Shown here piece by piece: positions 19,275 through 28,691 of a stretch of DNA of 64,000 bases. Source of the DNA: a virus. Taxonomy: Duplodnaviria; Caudoviricetes. The notes beneath the pieces are model-generated. The model made no database searches. It was not told the DNA's origin and saw only the letters and a list, made by a program, of their open reading frames with translations. A program made the position numbers and the translations under genes. Position 1 is the stretch's first letter, and the number at the start of each line of letters is the position of its first letter. The stretch is from positions 32,001-96,000 of IMG/VR virus record IMGVR_UViG_3300015608_002119. One strand, written 5' to 3'.

Positions 19275-19327
19275 CACGGCATAGTTACACACTAGCAAAC
19301 ACCTGGAAACACGAGAGACAAAGTATT

Positions 19328-20620
19328 ATGGGCGACCTTCGTAACAAGATCCGCAGCATGGTTCGTAATGAGTTCGCCCGACGCCTCGTTGGCGAGGCTT
19401 ACGAGCAGCAGAACGCCGATACCGCCGATGCCACCAAGGCGTACCGCGCATCAAACTACGACCTGACGTGGTCCGGCCTCCCGGAAGGCGGTATCGACAA
19501 GAAGAAGCCCGACGCCCCCAGCCCGGAAGCGACGAAGACCGACTTCGTCCGGTGGTTTCTGAAGACGTACGTCAACGCGGCGAACTCCACCCTGAACCTC
19601 ACACCCGAGCAGCGAGACCGGGTCATGGCTGTTCTGGGTCCCGTCAAGGATGACCCGGACCAGTTCGTCGAGATGATCAACAAGGAGCGCGAGCTCGTGT
19701 TCGGCGCGTCGAACTACCGGTCGGATCCTGACCCGGTATACAAGCTGCTCCAGGCATATACTGGCGCCAAGTCGATGATCCCGCGGATTCACGGGTCTTC
19801 TGATGACCTGGACAAGCTCGTTCCGGATGACGGTACAGACGCGGACAAGCGCAAGTACAACGTGGCCAAGGATGGGGAAGAGAAGCAGACTGGCATTCTG
19901 GACATGTTCGCCAGTGACCCGACCGAGTCGGGCACGAAGGAGCGCGTTCGTCAGCGGCTCAACGCGGCCATGGAGCACCTCGGAGGTGAGGACGTTATCC
20001 ATCTTCTGAAGTTCCTCAAGGACCCGAACACGTCCAAGGGAGTTCGCGAAGATGTCCTTAATGACCTGGAGGAGCTTGGCATCGTGATCGGCGAAGCCAT
20101 GGAGCAGTACACGGACCTTTTTGTCCGGGCCATGGTCCCTGCGTTCCGGGGTGTTACCTCGGTTGACGACGATGCTGCCCTCAAGTCGGCATTCGCAAAG
20201 GGCCTCGTAGCCTTCCAGAGCCAGCTGGAGGAGCATGGTGTGGCGAGGATGGGCTCGCAGGAGATCGACGTGTTCAGCGAGGTATTCAACGAGGACGTCG
20301 GCGAAGGCAAGACTGTTCTGGATCTTGTCCTCGCGGCTAGCAAGAACCCCGGAAGTGCTGACGTGTACATGGACGAGATCAAGGCCGCAGCGCTCGACGT
20401 GTTCCGTACGGAGTACGCCGACCGCCAGACCAACTTCAACACCATGGGCGACTTCGTCGATGCGAATGCCGAGGTCAAGCGGCTCAGGCAAGAGGTCTAT
20501 GGCACGGTGGCCCGCCGTGGTCGTCCAGCCGCGTCGCCCGGTGAGATCGGCGGTCCTGCGCCCGCAGCCCCGGCTGCCGACGTTAAGCGGCCTCGTGGGC
20601 GCCCGCCCAAGGCACGCTGA
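19328..20620 (+). CDS. acidic late protein with C-terminal AT-hook motifs (possible head-internal DNA-binding protein)
   Basis: 430 aa with very high GC3. Ends RRGRPAA...KRPRGRPPKAR. Preceded by TAGTTA. Confidence 0.6.
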   Translation: MGDLRNKIRSMVRNEFARRLVGEAYEQQNADTADATKAYRASNYDLTWSGLPEGGIDKKKPDAPSPEATKTDFVRWFLKTYVNAANSTLNLTPEQRDRVMAVLGPVKDDPDQFVEMINKERELVFGASNYRSDPDPVYKLLQAYTGAKSMIPRIHGSSDDLDKLVPDDGTDADKRKYNVAKDGEEKQTGILDMFASDPTESGTKERVRQRLNAAMEHLGGEDVIHLLKFLKDPNTSKGVREDVLNDLEELGIVIGEAMEQYTDLFVRAMVPAFRGVTSVDDDAALKSAFAKGLVAFQSQLEEHGVARMGSQEIDVFSEVFNEDVGEGKTVLDLVLAASKNPGSADVYMDEIKAAALDVFRTEYADRQTNFNTMGDFVDANAEVKRLRQEVYGTVARRGRPAASPGEIGGPAPAAPAADVKRPRGRPPKAR

Positions 20621-20718
20621 CGCCGCAGTACGGTCACATGATACTGCCACCACCTTTCCTCAGTTTTCTCTCCAATCACAACATTATCAACCACCACCAA
20701 ACCACAAATGATGGCACC

Positions 20719-20991
20719 GTGATCCACACAGTCAATGGCAATCGTGGCGGTGAATATGTTGTGTCGCTGAGCTGCGACAACAGTTGTCAAATGGAGCTAG
20801 CATGCGACGTGATGGCCGCTAGTCATGCGTACGGCCTCAGCCTCATTGTCAGGCCGGAGAAATCCAAGCTGGTCGTGCGCGTTGAATATGGCTCTGTTGA
20901 CATGGCAGCCGAGGCCGAGAGCTTGGCACACTGGCTTGTTGCCAAGTACGGCCATGACAAAGGTGGCGGCACCGTCGACGAGGCTAGTTAA
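20719..20991 (+). CDS. hypothetical protein (start uncertain)
   Basis: Part of track ORF 20638-20991; GTG start after a C/A-rich leader. Confidence 0.45.
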   Translation: MIHTVNGNRGGEYVVSLSCDNSCQMELACDVMAASHAYGLSLIVRPEKSKLVVRVEYGSVDMAAEAESLAHWLVAKYGHDKGGGTVDEAS

Positions 20992-21001
20992 CTCCGACAC
21001 C

Positions 21002-21472
21002 ATGAGCACTGCCTCACCAACACTAAAGACAAAGCTACTTGCCGCGGCTCTCCTTCGCGGAGCACGAGTCCTTAAAGAGCAACAGGAGCAGGCGCCAATG
21101 GCGGCACCTCCTGTAACCACCCCAGCGACCCCCGACCAGACAGCGCAACAGCAACCGCCAGAGGCACAACCACAAGCGCCCGCAACCGGCCCTGCTATCG
21201 ATCAGGTTATTGCAAAACTCAATGACATTCGTGCCGGTAAGTCATTTGAGGACCCAAACACGTATGCGAAGCTATCGGCGGTTTACAACGGCATGGCCGA
21301 ACAAACCAAGGCCGTGCTCGACAAGGCGCTCGGAGATGTTGCAATGGCCGTGCAACCGCAGCCACCACCTCAGGCAGCACCGCCCCAGCCACCGCAGCAG
21401 CCACCAGCGCCACCAGCGCCAGCGGCCACACCACAGCAACAACAACAACCAGCGCCCGCAGCGGCGGTGTAA
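21002..21472 (+). CDS. Pro/Gln/Ala-rich hypothetical protein
   Basis: ATG 11 nt after TAGTTA. Core VIAKLNDIRAGKSFEDP flanked by PQ-rich arms. Confidence 0.7.
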   Translation: MSTASPTLKTKLLAAALLRGARVLKEQQEQAPMAAPPVTTPATPDQTAQQQPPEAQPQAPATGPAIDQVIAKLNDIRAGKSFEDPNTYAKLSAVYNGMAEQTKAVLDKALGDVAMAVQPQPPPQAAPPQPPQQPPAPPAPAATPQQQQQPAPAAAV

Positions 21473-21807
21473 TGATCGACCAGCTCGCCATGAACCACCA
21501 GCACCCATCAAACGAAGAAGACAGGCAGCTGCCTGTTCTGCTCAGAGAAGTTCTTGGTTTGGCGGTAGTGAGCGAGTCGCGTACATGGAACTTCCGGCAG
21601 TCGCATCTGAATATGGACTCCAGGGCCAAACCGGTACGAATCGATTCGGCTAGGCATAAGAGGCTGCTCAAACAGACCATCGATCATCTGATGGCGCTCA
21701 AGAACGCATACCCAAACGGGTCGGCCAATCGTCATGTTATATCTCAGGCTTGTACGCGTCTCAAGCGTGTTTTAGCAAGGTTCGAGTCGGTTGGCGAGCT
21801 TGACTGA
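21472..21807 (+). CDS. hypothetical protein
   Basis: TAATG stop/start coupling with the previous gene. Confidence 0.6.
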   Translation: MIDQLAMNHQHPSNEEDRQLPVLLREVLGLAVVSESRTWNFRQSHLNMDSRAKPVRIDSARHKRLLKQTIDHLMALKNAYPNGSANRHVISQACTRLKRVLARFESVGELD

Positions 21808-21828
21808 GCATTAAGCGTAGTATATCGT
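21800..21828 (+). promoter_or_regulatory. sigma70-type promoter (TTGACT-17-TATCGT)
   Basis: Hexamers identical to the promoter at 22905. Confidence 0.55.
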
Positions 21829-21901
21829 GTCCGAATGGCGGTATGAGTGGCGATCGATCGATCGTTGCTGACCGCCAAAACAACGAAAGCACTACACGCA
21901 T

Positions 21902-22243
21902 ATGTCAACACCGAAACAATCTATCAGCCTTACAACAGCCGCGGCGTCATCGATCGGAGCATTGATGGTCCTGTGGATCATTATGGCTCTCATGTTTGGT
22001 GTGCGCGACACCAGCGTTGGTACGCTTGTACAAACAGACGCAGCAGTGGACGTTGCTGCAACAACATTGCTGGCCGATAGCGGCATGCAGACGGTCGACG
22101 CCGCAACCGATACCTCCGAGGTAGAACCAGTAGAGACCTCTGTAACGGTCACAGCCAGGACAGTTTTGTTCTCGGCCGACGTACCACTGGCCGGTGACGA
22201 TGCCGATGATGTACCTCCGGAGGAGCGCGGCTGCTCGCACTGA
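21902..22243 (+). CDS. membrane-anchored hypothetical protein
   Basis: N-terminal hydrophobic helix followed by a Thr/Asp-rich tail. Confidence 0.55.
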   Translation: MSTPKQSISLTTAAASSIGALMVLWIIMALMFGVRDTSVGTLVQTDAAVDVAATTLLADSGMQTVDAATDTSEVEPVETSVTVTARTVLFSADVPLAGDDADDVPPEERGCSH

Positions 22244-22452
22244 TAACAAACAGCAGAAAATTAATCACAATATAACTTTCTCTAATGCCAGTTGGCTTGA
22301 ACCAAGTTGTAAACCAGACAAACATACATCTGCCAAGCAGCTCAGCACACCAGTAGCTGCAAACCATTGCAAACAACAACCATCAATAACAGCTTGGTCA
22401 TGGCACGAGAAGAACATTCAACCACAAAGCCAAGAAAGACCAAGTTAAACCA

Positions 22453-22890
22453 ATGTTTCTGTTTCGTCTGTTCCAAACAATCACGCTGATCATTCTAGGA
22501 CTCTGCCGCGGTCTTACCAGGGATCAAGCAGAGCTGATGGCACACGTTATCAGCGACACATCGATCACACACGAGCAAGCGGCGATGTTGATCACGGTCT
22601 CATATTATGAAACCGGCTTTCGTACCAGCGGCGGTGTGGTGCCGTTTGGTGTGACATCAATACGAAGCGTGTGCCGACCACAAGGCAGTCTGGATGAGTG
22701 TGCTAGCGCGTCTTTGGCCATCTTGAACAGGGCACGACGATGCTCGTCAGACATGGAACGCGTGTTTGGGTTTTACCACACGGGCCGCTGTGTGGCCGAC
22801 GAGTACAGCATACGCCAAGCGTCGACATACCGGCTTGTCGTCCGTACTCTCAACAGTTCTATCCCATCGATCACCGACGGTCTGCTCTGA
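22453..22890 (+). CDS. putative lytic transglycosylase / lysozyme-like protein with signal peptide
   Basis: Hydrophobic N-terminus, LITVSYYETGF (catalytic-Glu-like motif), YHTGRC ... Y C-terminal motif. Confidence 0.5.
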   Translation: MFLFRLFQTITLIILGLCRGLTRDQAELMAHVISDTSITHEQAAMLITVSYYETGFRTSGGVVPFGVTSIRSVCRPQGSLDECASASLAILNRARRCSSDMERVFGFYHTGRCVADEYSIRQASTYRLVVRTLNSSIPSITDGLL

Positions 22891-22904
22891 ATCACGTAAT
22901 CGGC

Positions 22905-22933
22905 TTGACTCCGGCCTGACAGGCTGTTATCGT
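22905..22933 (+). promoter_or_regulatory. sigma70-type promoter of mnmA (TTGACT-17-TATCGT, extended TG)
   Basis: 17-nt spacer; ATG 10 nt after the -10 box. Confidence 0.6.
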
Positions 22934-22943
22934 GGCGCTCACG

Positions 22944-24044
22944 ATGAGCAAGGTGTTGGTTGGAATGTCTGGCGGGGTTGACTCCGCCGTTGCGGCTGCA
23001 ATTCTTAAGAGTGAAGGTCATGAGGTTGTCGGCCTGACCCTCAAGCTGCTCGAATACTCTTGCGACGACAGCCCAGGTTGCTGTACGGCGTCTGATATTA
23101 TCGACGCTACACGTGCATGTGACTCGATCGGCATCGAGCATGTCGTGATATCGCGAAAGGTCGCGTTCAAGTCGCAGGTGATCGACCCGTTTCTAGAGCT
23201 GCACAAGCAAGGCGTATATACGAACCCGTGCGTCACATGCAACACGCACGTAAAGGTTCCGCAGCTTATCGACATCGCAGACCACATGGGGTTTGATTTC
23301 ATTGCGACCGGCCATTATGCGAACCGGTCTGCATGTGGGAATTATATCGTACGTGGAAATGACCGGTCCAAGGACCAGAGCTACTTCCTCTGGGACCTGC
23401 CGCCCTCAGCGATCGGGCGCCTCTTGCTGCCGCTTGGTACCTACACCAAGGCCGAGACACGCAAGCTGGCCAAGAGCTTTGCACTGAAGGTTGCGACCAA
23501 GAAGGACTCTACGGACTTGTGCTTCCTTGAAGGGAAGTCGAAGAGGGAGTTTCTCACAAAGCATGGTGTTGGCACTGAGGCCGGTAACGTCGTTGACTCG
23601 GCTACCGGGGCTGTTCTTGGTACCCATAACGGTTTGGCTAGGTTTTCACCGGGCCAGCGTTACGGTGTCGATACCAAGACCGGCAAGCCGCGGTACGTTC
23701 TAAACGTGCTCCCAAGCTCAAACACCGTCCAACTTGGACCGATCGAAGAGACATTTACGAGTTCGGTTCGGGTACAGGGCCTGCGCATTCGGTGCCCAGA
23801 CCGGTCTCTCAACGGTATGCCACTGACAGCCGTGTGTCGATACTCAAGCAAGCAAAGCCCCGTACCGGTTATCGAAATCAGCGGGGTAACCATGCTAGAG
23901 CTCGATGATGGCGATGACGGTCCTGAGTTTCTTCCGACGGTCATGTTCGACCGGCCAATCAATGGCGTCGCAAACGGACAGTCGATCGTTCTGTACGACG
24001 AGACCGATGGCGCTGTCGTCGGTGGTGGCACGATCGTTGCCTAA
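22944..24044 (+). CDS. mnmA: tRNA-specific 2-thiouridylase MnmA
   Basis: GMSGGVDSAVAA PP-loop, NPCVTCN, ATGHYA, KDQSYFL, PLG..TK, KKDSTDLCF, GQSIVLY...VVGGG. Confidence 0.95.
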   Translation: MSKVLVGMSGGVDSAVAAAILKSEGHEVVGLTLKLLEYSCDDSPGCCTASDIIDATRACDSIGIEHVVISRKVAFKSQVIDPFLELHKQGVYTNPCVTCNTHVKVPQLIDIADHMGFDFIATGHYANRSACGNYIVRGNDRSKDQSYFLWDLPPSAIGRLLLPLGTYTKAETRKLAKSFALKVATKKDSTDLCFLEGKSKREFLTKHGVGTEAGNVVDSATGAVLGTHNGLARFSPGQRYGVDTKTGKPRYVLNVLPSSNTVQLGPIEETFTSSVRVQGLRIRCPDRSLNGMPLTAVCRYSSKQSPVPVIEISGVTMLELDDGDDGPEFLPTVMFDRPINGVANGQSIVLYDETDGAVVGGGTIVA

Positions 24045-24056
24045 CGATTTAATCCC

Positions 24057-24085
24057 TTGACTCTCACAGGACGAGCTGGTAACGT
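24057..24085 (+). promoter_or_regulatory. sigma70-type promoter (TTGACT-17-TAACGT, extended TG), leaderless transcript
   Basis: ATG24093 lies 7 nt after the -10 box. Confidence 0.6.
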
Positions 24086-24092
24086 GCAGGCT

Positions 24093-24347
24093 ATGAGTAG
24101 TGACGCCAGCAGAAAGACCACAACCATCTGTCTGTTTCAGGACATGGTCGTGAAGTGTGGTTATTACCCAGTAGCCATCGAGGGCGTGAAGCCCTCGCTC
24201 TCACTCCAAAGCGTAGAAAGCGGCGATTTTCTGCGATGCCACTTCGACACCGAGAACCCCGGTGATCGCGAGGCCCTGCGAAGGCTTAGCGCCCAGCTGG
24301 CCGAGATTGTTCGCGACATCAACAATACGTACGGCGAGAGGGAGTAG
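24093..24347 (+). CDS. hypothetical protein
   Basis: ATG directly after the promoter. The track's TTG start is the -35 box. Confidence 0.6.
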   Translation: MSSDASRKTTTICLFQDMVVKCGYYPVAIEGVKPSLSLQSVESGDFLRCHFDTENPGDREALRRLSAQLAEIVRDINNTYGERE

Positions 24348-24356
24348 GGTATCACA

Positions 24357-24569
24357 ATGGCTCGTTCTGAACGTTCGCACACGCCTGTCAAGGTCCGGGA
24401 TTGGGTTGCTGTCGCTGCGCACTTTCGCAGCTCGGCTGGCCCGATGCGCCACCGATGCGTCGAGCGCGGCGGTGCAAGGAACGCAATGCCCGGTATGATG
24501 TTCGAGTACCTCGACGAGCTTGATGACATCGATGAGCCAACCGCGGTCGAGCTCACATCCTCTGTCTGA
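24357..24569 (+). CDS. hypothetical protein
   Basis: 70 aa, basic N-half and acidic C-half, in operon order. Confidence 0.55.
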   Translation: MARSERSHTPVKVRDWVAVAAHFRSSAGPMRHRCVERGGARNAMPGMMFEYLDELDDIDEPTAVELTSSV

Positions 24570-24600
24570 TCGCGAACAGAGACAAGAAACAACAGCAACA

Positions 24601-24933
24601 ATGTCAAACAACAACATGTCCAGCAACGGTCCATCGTCCAAGGCGCGCAAGGCGCGCAAGTCACAGTTCAAGCCAGGAATGACTGTCGTGGTAAATGGCA
24701 GTCGCGGCTCTGATCGGATGCTGATGAAGGCCGAAACCCCAGAGTCGCTGGTCGTGCAATTGCTTGCACGGGAAAACAACCCGGACATTACTGACGTTCA
24801 ACAGTTCATGGCCAGAACTGCCGTAGAGGTCAAGTCCGTGGTTGGCGCGGATGTTCTGCCAACTCATTCTGCGGCTTCTTTTGTTGAGGGCCTGTTCAGG
24901 CTATCAATCATCGAAGAGGCAGTGCTCAACTAG
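24601..24933 (+). CDS. hypothetical protein
   Basis: ATG after an A/C-rich leader. Confidence 0.6.
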   Translation: MSNNNMSSNGPSSKARKARKSQFKPGMTVVVNGSRGSDRMLMKAETPESLVVQLLARENNPDITDVQQFMARTAVEVKSVVGADVLPTHSAASFVEGLFRLSIIEEAVLN

Positions 24934-24939
24934 CAAGCA

Positions 24940-25272
24940 ATGGACAACCAGCGCCTTCCGGAAATAAAGGCATGGGTTGAGAGCGACTCAGAGCACCCGG
25001 TCCCAGGCGAACTGGTTGCCGTGGTGATAGACTATGACGCGGAACTGACGGCTCATGGCCCGTTCTTATACATTGCGCGCGTATGCGAACCACCGCCGAT
25101 ATGGGATTACTATGTGTTGCTTGATCAACACGGGCACACACGCAACGTCAACATAGGATTTTGTACCGGGTCGATTCGTGCACATGTTGTGTGCCGCTAC
25201 GAAAACAGGGAACGCGTCCTTGCTGACGGGTTCTTGAAGTCGTACATCGACGCTGCCACTACTGCCAAGTAA
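24940..25272 (+). CDS. hypothetical protein, paralog A
   Basis: KAWVESDSEHPVPGELV, shared with the next gene. Confidence 0.7.
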   Translation: MDNQRLPEIKAWVESDSEHPVPGELVAVVIDYDAELTAHGPFLYIARVCEPPPIWDYYVLLDQHGHTRNVNIGFCTGSIRAHVVCRYENRERVLADGFLKSYIDAATTAK

Positions 25273-25305
25273 CAACAAAGCTCAGTTCAACTCTTCGGTG
25301 CCTCC

Positions 25306-25656
25306 ATGCCATATAAAACCATGAAAGCGTGGGTTGAAGCCGACACGGAGCACCCTGCCCTGGGTGAGATTGTTTCCTTTGTTGTTGTGGCAACTATGCA
25401 GCATCTAGGTGGCGGTACCATGGTTGATATTCCACACGTATGCGAAATGGTTGATGCGTGCTTGTGCATCGAAATAGTCAACAAGCAATCGCCGCACTGG
25501 AGCTATTATGAGCTACTGGGACCCACAGGCGAGACCTATGCAGTAAACATTTTGTCGGACACGATGCCCAGGGTGTTTATCTGCTGGTACGGGAACGCAT
25601 CAAAGGCATTTTCCCTTGACTTCCTGGAACGCAGCGTGATATGGTCTCCGACATGA
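25306..25656 (+). CDS. hypothetical protein, paralog B
   Basis: KAWVEADTEHPALGEIV; W.YY.LL...G.T..VNI conserved with paralog A. Confidence 0.7.
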   Translation: MPYKTMKAWVEADTEHPALGEIVSFVVVATMQHLGGGTMVDIPHVCEMVDACLCIEIVNKQSPHWSYYELLGPTGETYAVNILSDTMPRVFICWYGNASKAFSLDFLERSVIWSPT

Positions 25657-26147
25657 GCGCGTACGTACCAAAGCATCGGAATGACGCGGCATATATGGCC
25701 GCGGACGACATTGTTCGGGCGCCGTTTCATCGACACGTTGACATGGCGCTTGCGTTCGCTCGCTCTCATAAGTTTGACGAGAGCCTCGTGGCGCATGTCG
25801 CTGCCGTGATCATCTCTGGTGGGCGTGTTTTGTCGATCGGCTACAACAGCCGTAGCAATTCTGGCTTGCAGGCGGCGTACAAGACGAACCCGAACTGCAC
25901 GAGTATTCACGCAGAGGTCGACGCGATCCTGAATGTCCGACGGAAGATCAACCTCAGAGGTAGCAGGGTGGTCGTGGTGCGCAAGCTCCTGAATGACAGG
26001 GAGAACAACCCTCTCGTGGCGCTTGCTAGGCCGTGCCCTATGTGTGAGGCGGTCTTGCACAGCTACGGCGTCAAGCGGGCCATGTACACGATCGACAATG
26101 GTGCGTACGGGATCATGCGTGTGACGGATCCCAGGGAAGCCCGCTAG
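25653..26147 (+). CDS. cytidine/deoxycytidylate deaminase family protein
   Basis: HVAAVI...GRVLSIGYN, zinc motifs HAEVDAI and ARPCPMC. Confidence 0.9.
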   Translation: MSAYVPKHRNDAAYMAADDIVRAPFHRHVDMALAFARSHKFDESLVAHVAAVIISGGRVLSIGYNSRSNSGLQAAYKTNPNCTSIHAEVDAILNVRRKINLRGSRVVVVRKLLNDRENNPLVALARPCPMCEAVLHSYGVKRAMYTIDNGAYGIMRVTDPREAR

Positions 26148-26260
26148 GGCCTCCAGGCGCCCGAGCAGCGCCAGCAAATATACCGGCCGTGCCTCCGGGC
26201 AGTCAAAACGTTTCAGGCCCCAAAACGGGCGTATAGGAAGACGAGGAAGATAATAACACC

Positions 26261-26803
26261 ATGAGCAGCAACGGCGACCATCGGCACGAGGACGAGGACG
26301 GCACCATCACAACGACCAAGACGGTCAAGGTTGCAGTGACCGAGCACCCAAGGCACAAGCGCTACCCTAATTCCGGAACACGTGAGTTCATGTGCGCACA
26401 GATGATGTACGTGGCCGGTGGCGGCGACATCAGTGACAGTCCCAGCAACCGTGAGACGGTCGACCGGTTTGCTGGCACGCTCAGGGTTGGTGATGTCATC
26501 GGCATCGGGAACTATACGTACGTCATCGAGGACCGCGGTGGCGATGGGTGCTCTCCACCGGCATATGCAAAGGACGTGGCACTGGTAGCGCGCAGCACCA
26601 AGACCAAGCAGCTAGCCAGCGTGCCGTACAGCGAGGCTGCAACAGCGCTAGCGATCGGATACGCAGAGATCCTATACCGCGGCGGAAAGCCGTACGGGGT
26701 AGAACTGGAGAAGGAAGTCACTGTGAAGATCGTAGATCGACGCCAAGCACAGCCAGAGGCTGACAGCGGCCAGAAGAACCAACAGGAGGATGCGCCGGTA
26801 TGA
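26261..26803 (+). CDS. hypothetical protein
   Basis: 180-aa ORF, ATGA-coupled to the next gene. Confidence 0.65.
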   Translation: MSSNGDHRHEDEDGTITTTKTVKVAVTEHPRHKRYPNSGTREFMCAQMMYVAGGGDISDSPSNRETVDRFAGTLRVGDVIGIGNYTYVIEDRGGDGCSPPAYAKDVALVARSTKTKQLASVPYSEAATALAIGYAEILYRGGKPYGVELEKEVTVKIVDRRQAQPEADSGQKNQQEDAPV

Positions 26804-27330
26804 GCGGGCCAACAGTGATAGACAGTGGCGGCACATCGGATGCGCAGCTCATCAAGAGCCTTCGCAATGATCTTGCTATTGCTCAGACCAGTTTGAACGA
26901 GTACAAGAACGAGAAGTCGTACTACTACAACCAGTATGAACAGTTGAAGCGTAATAACAAGCAAGAGCGTTTCGTACAAAGAATGATCGTTGTTGCCACG
27001 TCGGTCATCGTGTCGTTGTTCGTCGCATTGATTTACGGCAACATCGATCGCCGTGCTGATGCCGAACTGGCGGCGCGGTCGTGGGCGATCGGGTCGCTTG
27101 GGTATCCACGCCAGTCCACAACGGCAGCATGCCGCACTGGCATAATGCGGTATGGCACGCTATGTGTTGTGCGCAGTGGTAATGCGTCAGACGGGCGCGT
27201 GGCATATGTCAACTGTGACGGGTCACGCTGGAACAATGGTGGCTGTTATCCAATACGAGCCCAAATATACTACGGAATTGGCTCTGTCGACGCGCTCGAT
27301 GCACCAGCCTCGACAGCAAACCAGCGCTGA
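26800..27330 (+). CDS. membrane protein (coiled coil, TM helix, small Cys-containing domain)
   Basis: MIVVATSVIVSLFVALIYG TM segment; four Cys in the C-terminal domain. Confidence 0.65.
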   Translation: MSGPTVIDSGGTSDAQLIKSLRNDLAIAQTSLNEYKNEKSYYYNQYEQLKRNNKQERFVQRMIVVATSVIVSLFVALIYGNIDRRADAELAARSWAIGSLGYPRQSTTAACRTGIMRYGTLCVVRSGNASDGRVAYVNCDGSRWNNGGCYPIRAQIYYGIGSVDALDAPASTANQR

Positions 27331-27362
27331 TTAGTGTATCATAACGTCTGCACGTTAAACCA

Positions 27363-28286
27363 ATGCAGACACTACAACAGCCGCGGAGGGAGTTCTACGT
27401 TCCTCCGTCCACCCAAGTCATCTTTGTTCAGGACTTCTTCGCATCCGAGCTGATCGGCGGTGCAGAGCTCACGTCCGACGCAATCATCCAAGCCTGCCCG
27501 TACAGGCTGTTTCAGATGCACAGCCATTCCGTAACGGAGTCGATTGTACTGAAGAACAAAGAGAAAGTGTGGGTGTTTGGCAATCAGGTGGGCGTTGCAC
27601 CATGGCTTCTTGACCTGTTCAGGCAGCATAATATCGAATACTACTTCTTCGAGTACGACTTCAAGCCATGCTTATACAGAAGCACAAAGAAACACGAGCT
27701 TGCCACTGGTCGATGTGACTGTCACCTGTTGCCACACGGCAAGTTCATGAGCGAGTGGATGGTTGGGGCGAGGAAGCTGTTCTGGTGCTCTGATGGCCAG
27801 CGTGACAAGTTCTACGGCCTGTACCCACACCTTAAAGGTCGCACGACCGACTTCACGCAAAGCAGTACGTTCTACCCAGACACGGTTAAACGACTTGGTG
27901 AAATTCGTAAAAGGAGGCAGTCTGGTGAGATTGCCGTGCAGGACCACTGGATCATCCTGAACTCCGACTCATGGATCAAGGGTAGGGACGCAAGTGTTCA
28001 ATACTGCCGAGATCACAGCCTGAAATACAAGCTGGTCGGAGGAGTGTCGAACGACGAGTTTATCATGGAACTCGCCTCCAGTAAAGGCATGGTGTTCTTG
28101 CCACTGGACATTGATGTTGGTAGCAGGACACTGACGGAATGTAAGCTGGTTGGTGCTGAGCCGGTTGTCAATGAGTTCGTGCTGCATGCCAAGGAGGACT
28201 GGTTTAATGGCCGCTCGGCGGAAGATATTGAGGCTTACCTCTTGAACGGTCCTGACAGGTTCTGGCGTCAGGTCAGGTCGCTGTAG
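27363..28286 (+). CDS. glycosyltransferase-like protein (GT-B fold)
   Basis: DFF...LIGGAELT, WIKG, KGMVFLP...D.GSRTLTECKLVG, a GT4-like pattern. Confidence 0.6.
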   Translation: MQTLQQPRREFYVPPSTQVIFVQDFFASELIGGAELTSDAIIQACPYRLFQMHSHSVTESIVLKNKEKVWVFGNQVGVAPWLLDLFRQHNIEYYFFEYDFKPCLYRSTKKHELATGRCDCHLLPHGKFMSEWMVGARKLFWCSDGQRDKFYGLYPHLKGRTTDFTQSSTFYPDTVKRLGEIRKRRQSGEIAVQDHWIILNSDSWIKGRDASVQYCRDHSLKYKLVGGVSNDEFIMELASSKGMVFLPLDIDVGSRTLTECKLVGAEPVVNEFVLHAKEDWFNGRSAEDIEAYLLNGPDRFWRQVRSL

Positions 28287-28636
28287 ATCTGACGGTTCTT
28301 CCTGCCGTAGAAGCGAACCAGCTTGCCTGCCGAACTATTGGCCATATTCTCCCACGGTTGCAGGCCCTCGTCATCGTCTGGAAACTCAACTCCGTCCTCT
28401 AGCTGTTTGCAGTGCGTCAGTTCATGCGCAATGGTGCGCATGATATCCGCCATGGCCCTGTTCTTGACCGCCGCAAAAACCGTTCTGGCCCCGACGTTGA
28501 AATAGCCAGCCGTAGGCATGCCGGTCTGTTTGGCTGCCAGGATAAGGCGCACAGGCCCCTTGATGCCCAACTCCTTGATGCAGTGCTTCGCGAACCGTTC
28601 TACTTCCGCAACGCTGGCTTTGTCTCTGAGGTCCAT
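28268..28636 (-). CDS. zinc metallopeptidase-like protein (HExxH)
   Basis: DIMRTIAHELTHCKQ ... ENMANSSAG. TATTTA upstream on the minus strand. Confidence 0.75.
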   Translation of the reverse strand: MDLRDKASVAEVERFAKHCIKELGIKGPVRLILAAKQTGMPTAGYFNVGARTVFAAVKNRAMADIMRTIAHELTHCKQLEDGVEFPDDDEGLQPWENMANSSAGKLVRFYGRKNRQIYSDLT

Positions 28637-28652
28637 TGCCAGTAAATACTGG

Positions 28653-28681
28653 TTGACTTCAGACTAGGCCAATGCTATAGG
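28653..28681 (+). promoter_or_regulatory. sigma70-type promoter (TTGACT-17-TATAGG, extended TG)
   Basis: Back-to-back with the minus-strand TATTTA at 28643-28648. Confidence 0.5.
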
Positions 28682-28691
28682 TGACAGCACC

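Noticed and set aside
19451-20653. 400-aa minus-strand ORF
   Set aside because: Antisense shadow of the strongly codon-biased + strand gene; no recognisable motifs or expression signals.
21340-21470. CAG/CCA/GCA-rich repeat-like tract
   Set aside because: Explained by Pro/Gln/Ala low-complexity coding; no repeat-spacer structure.
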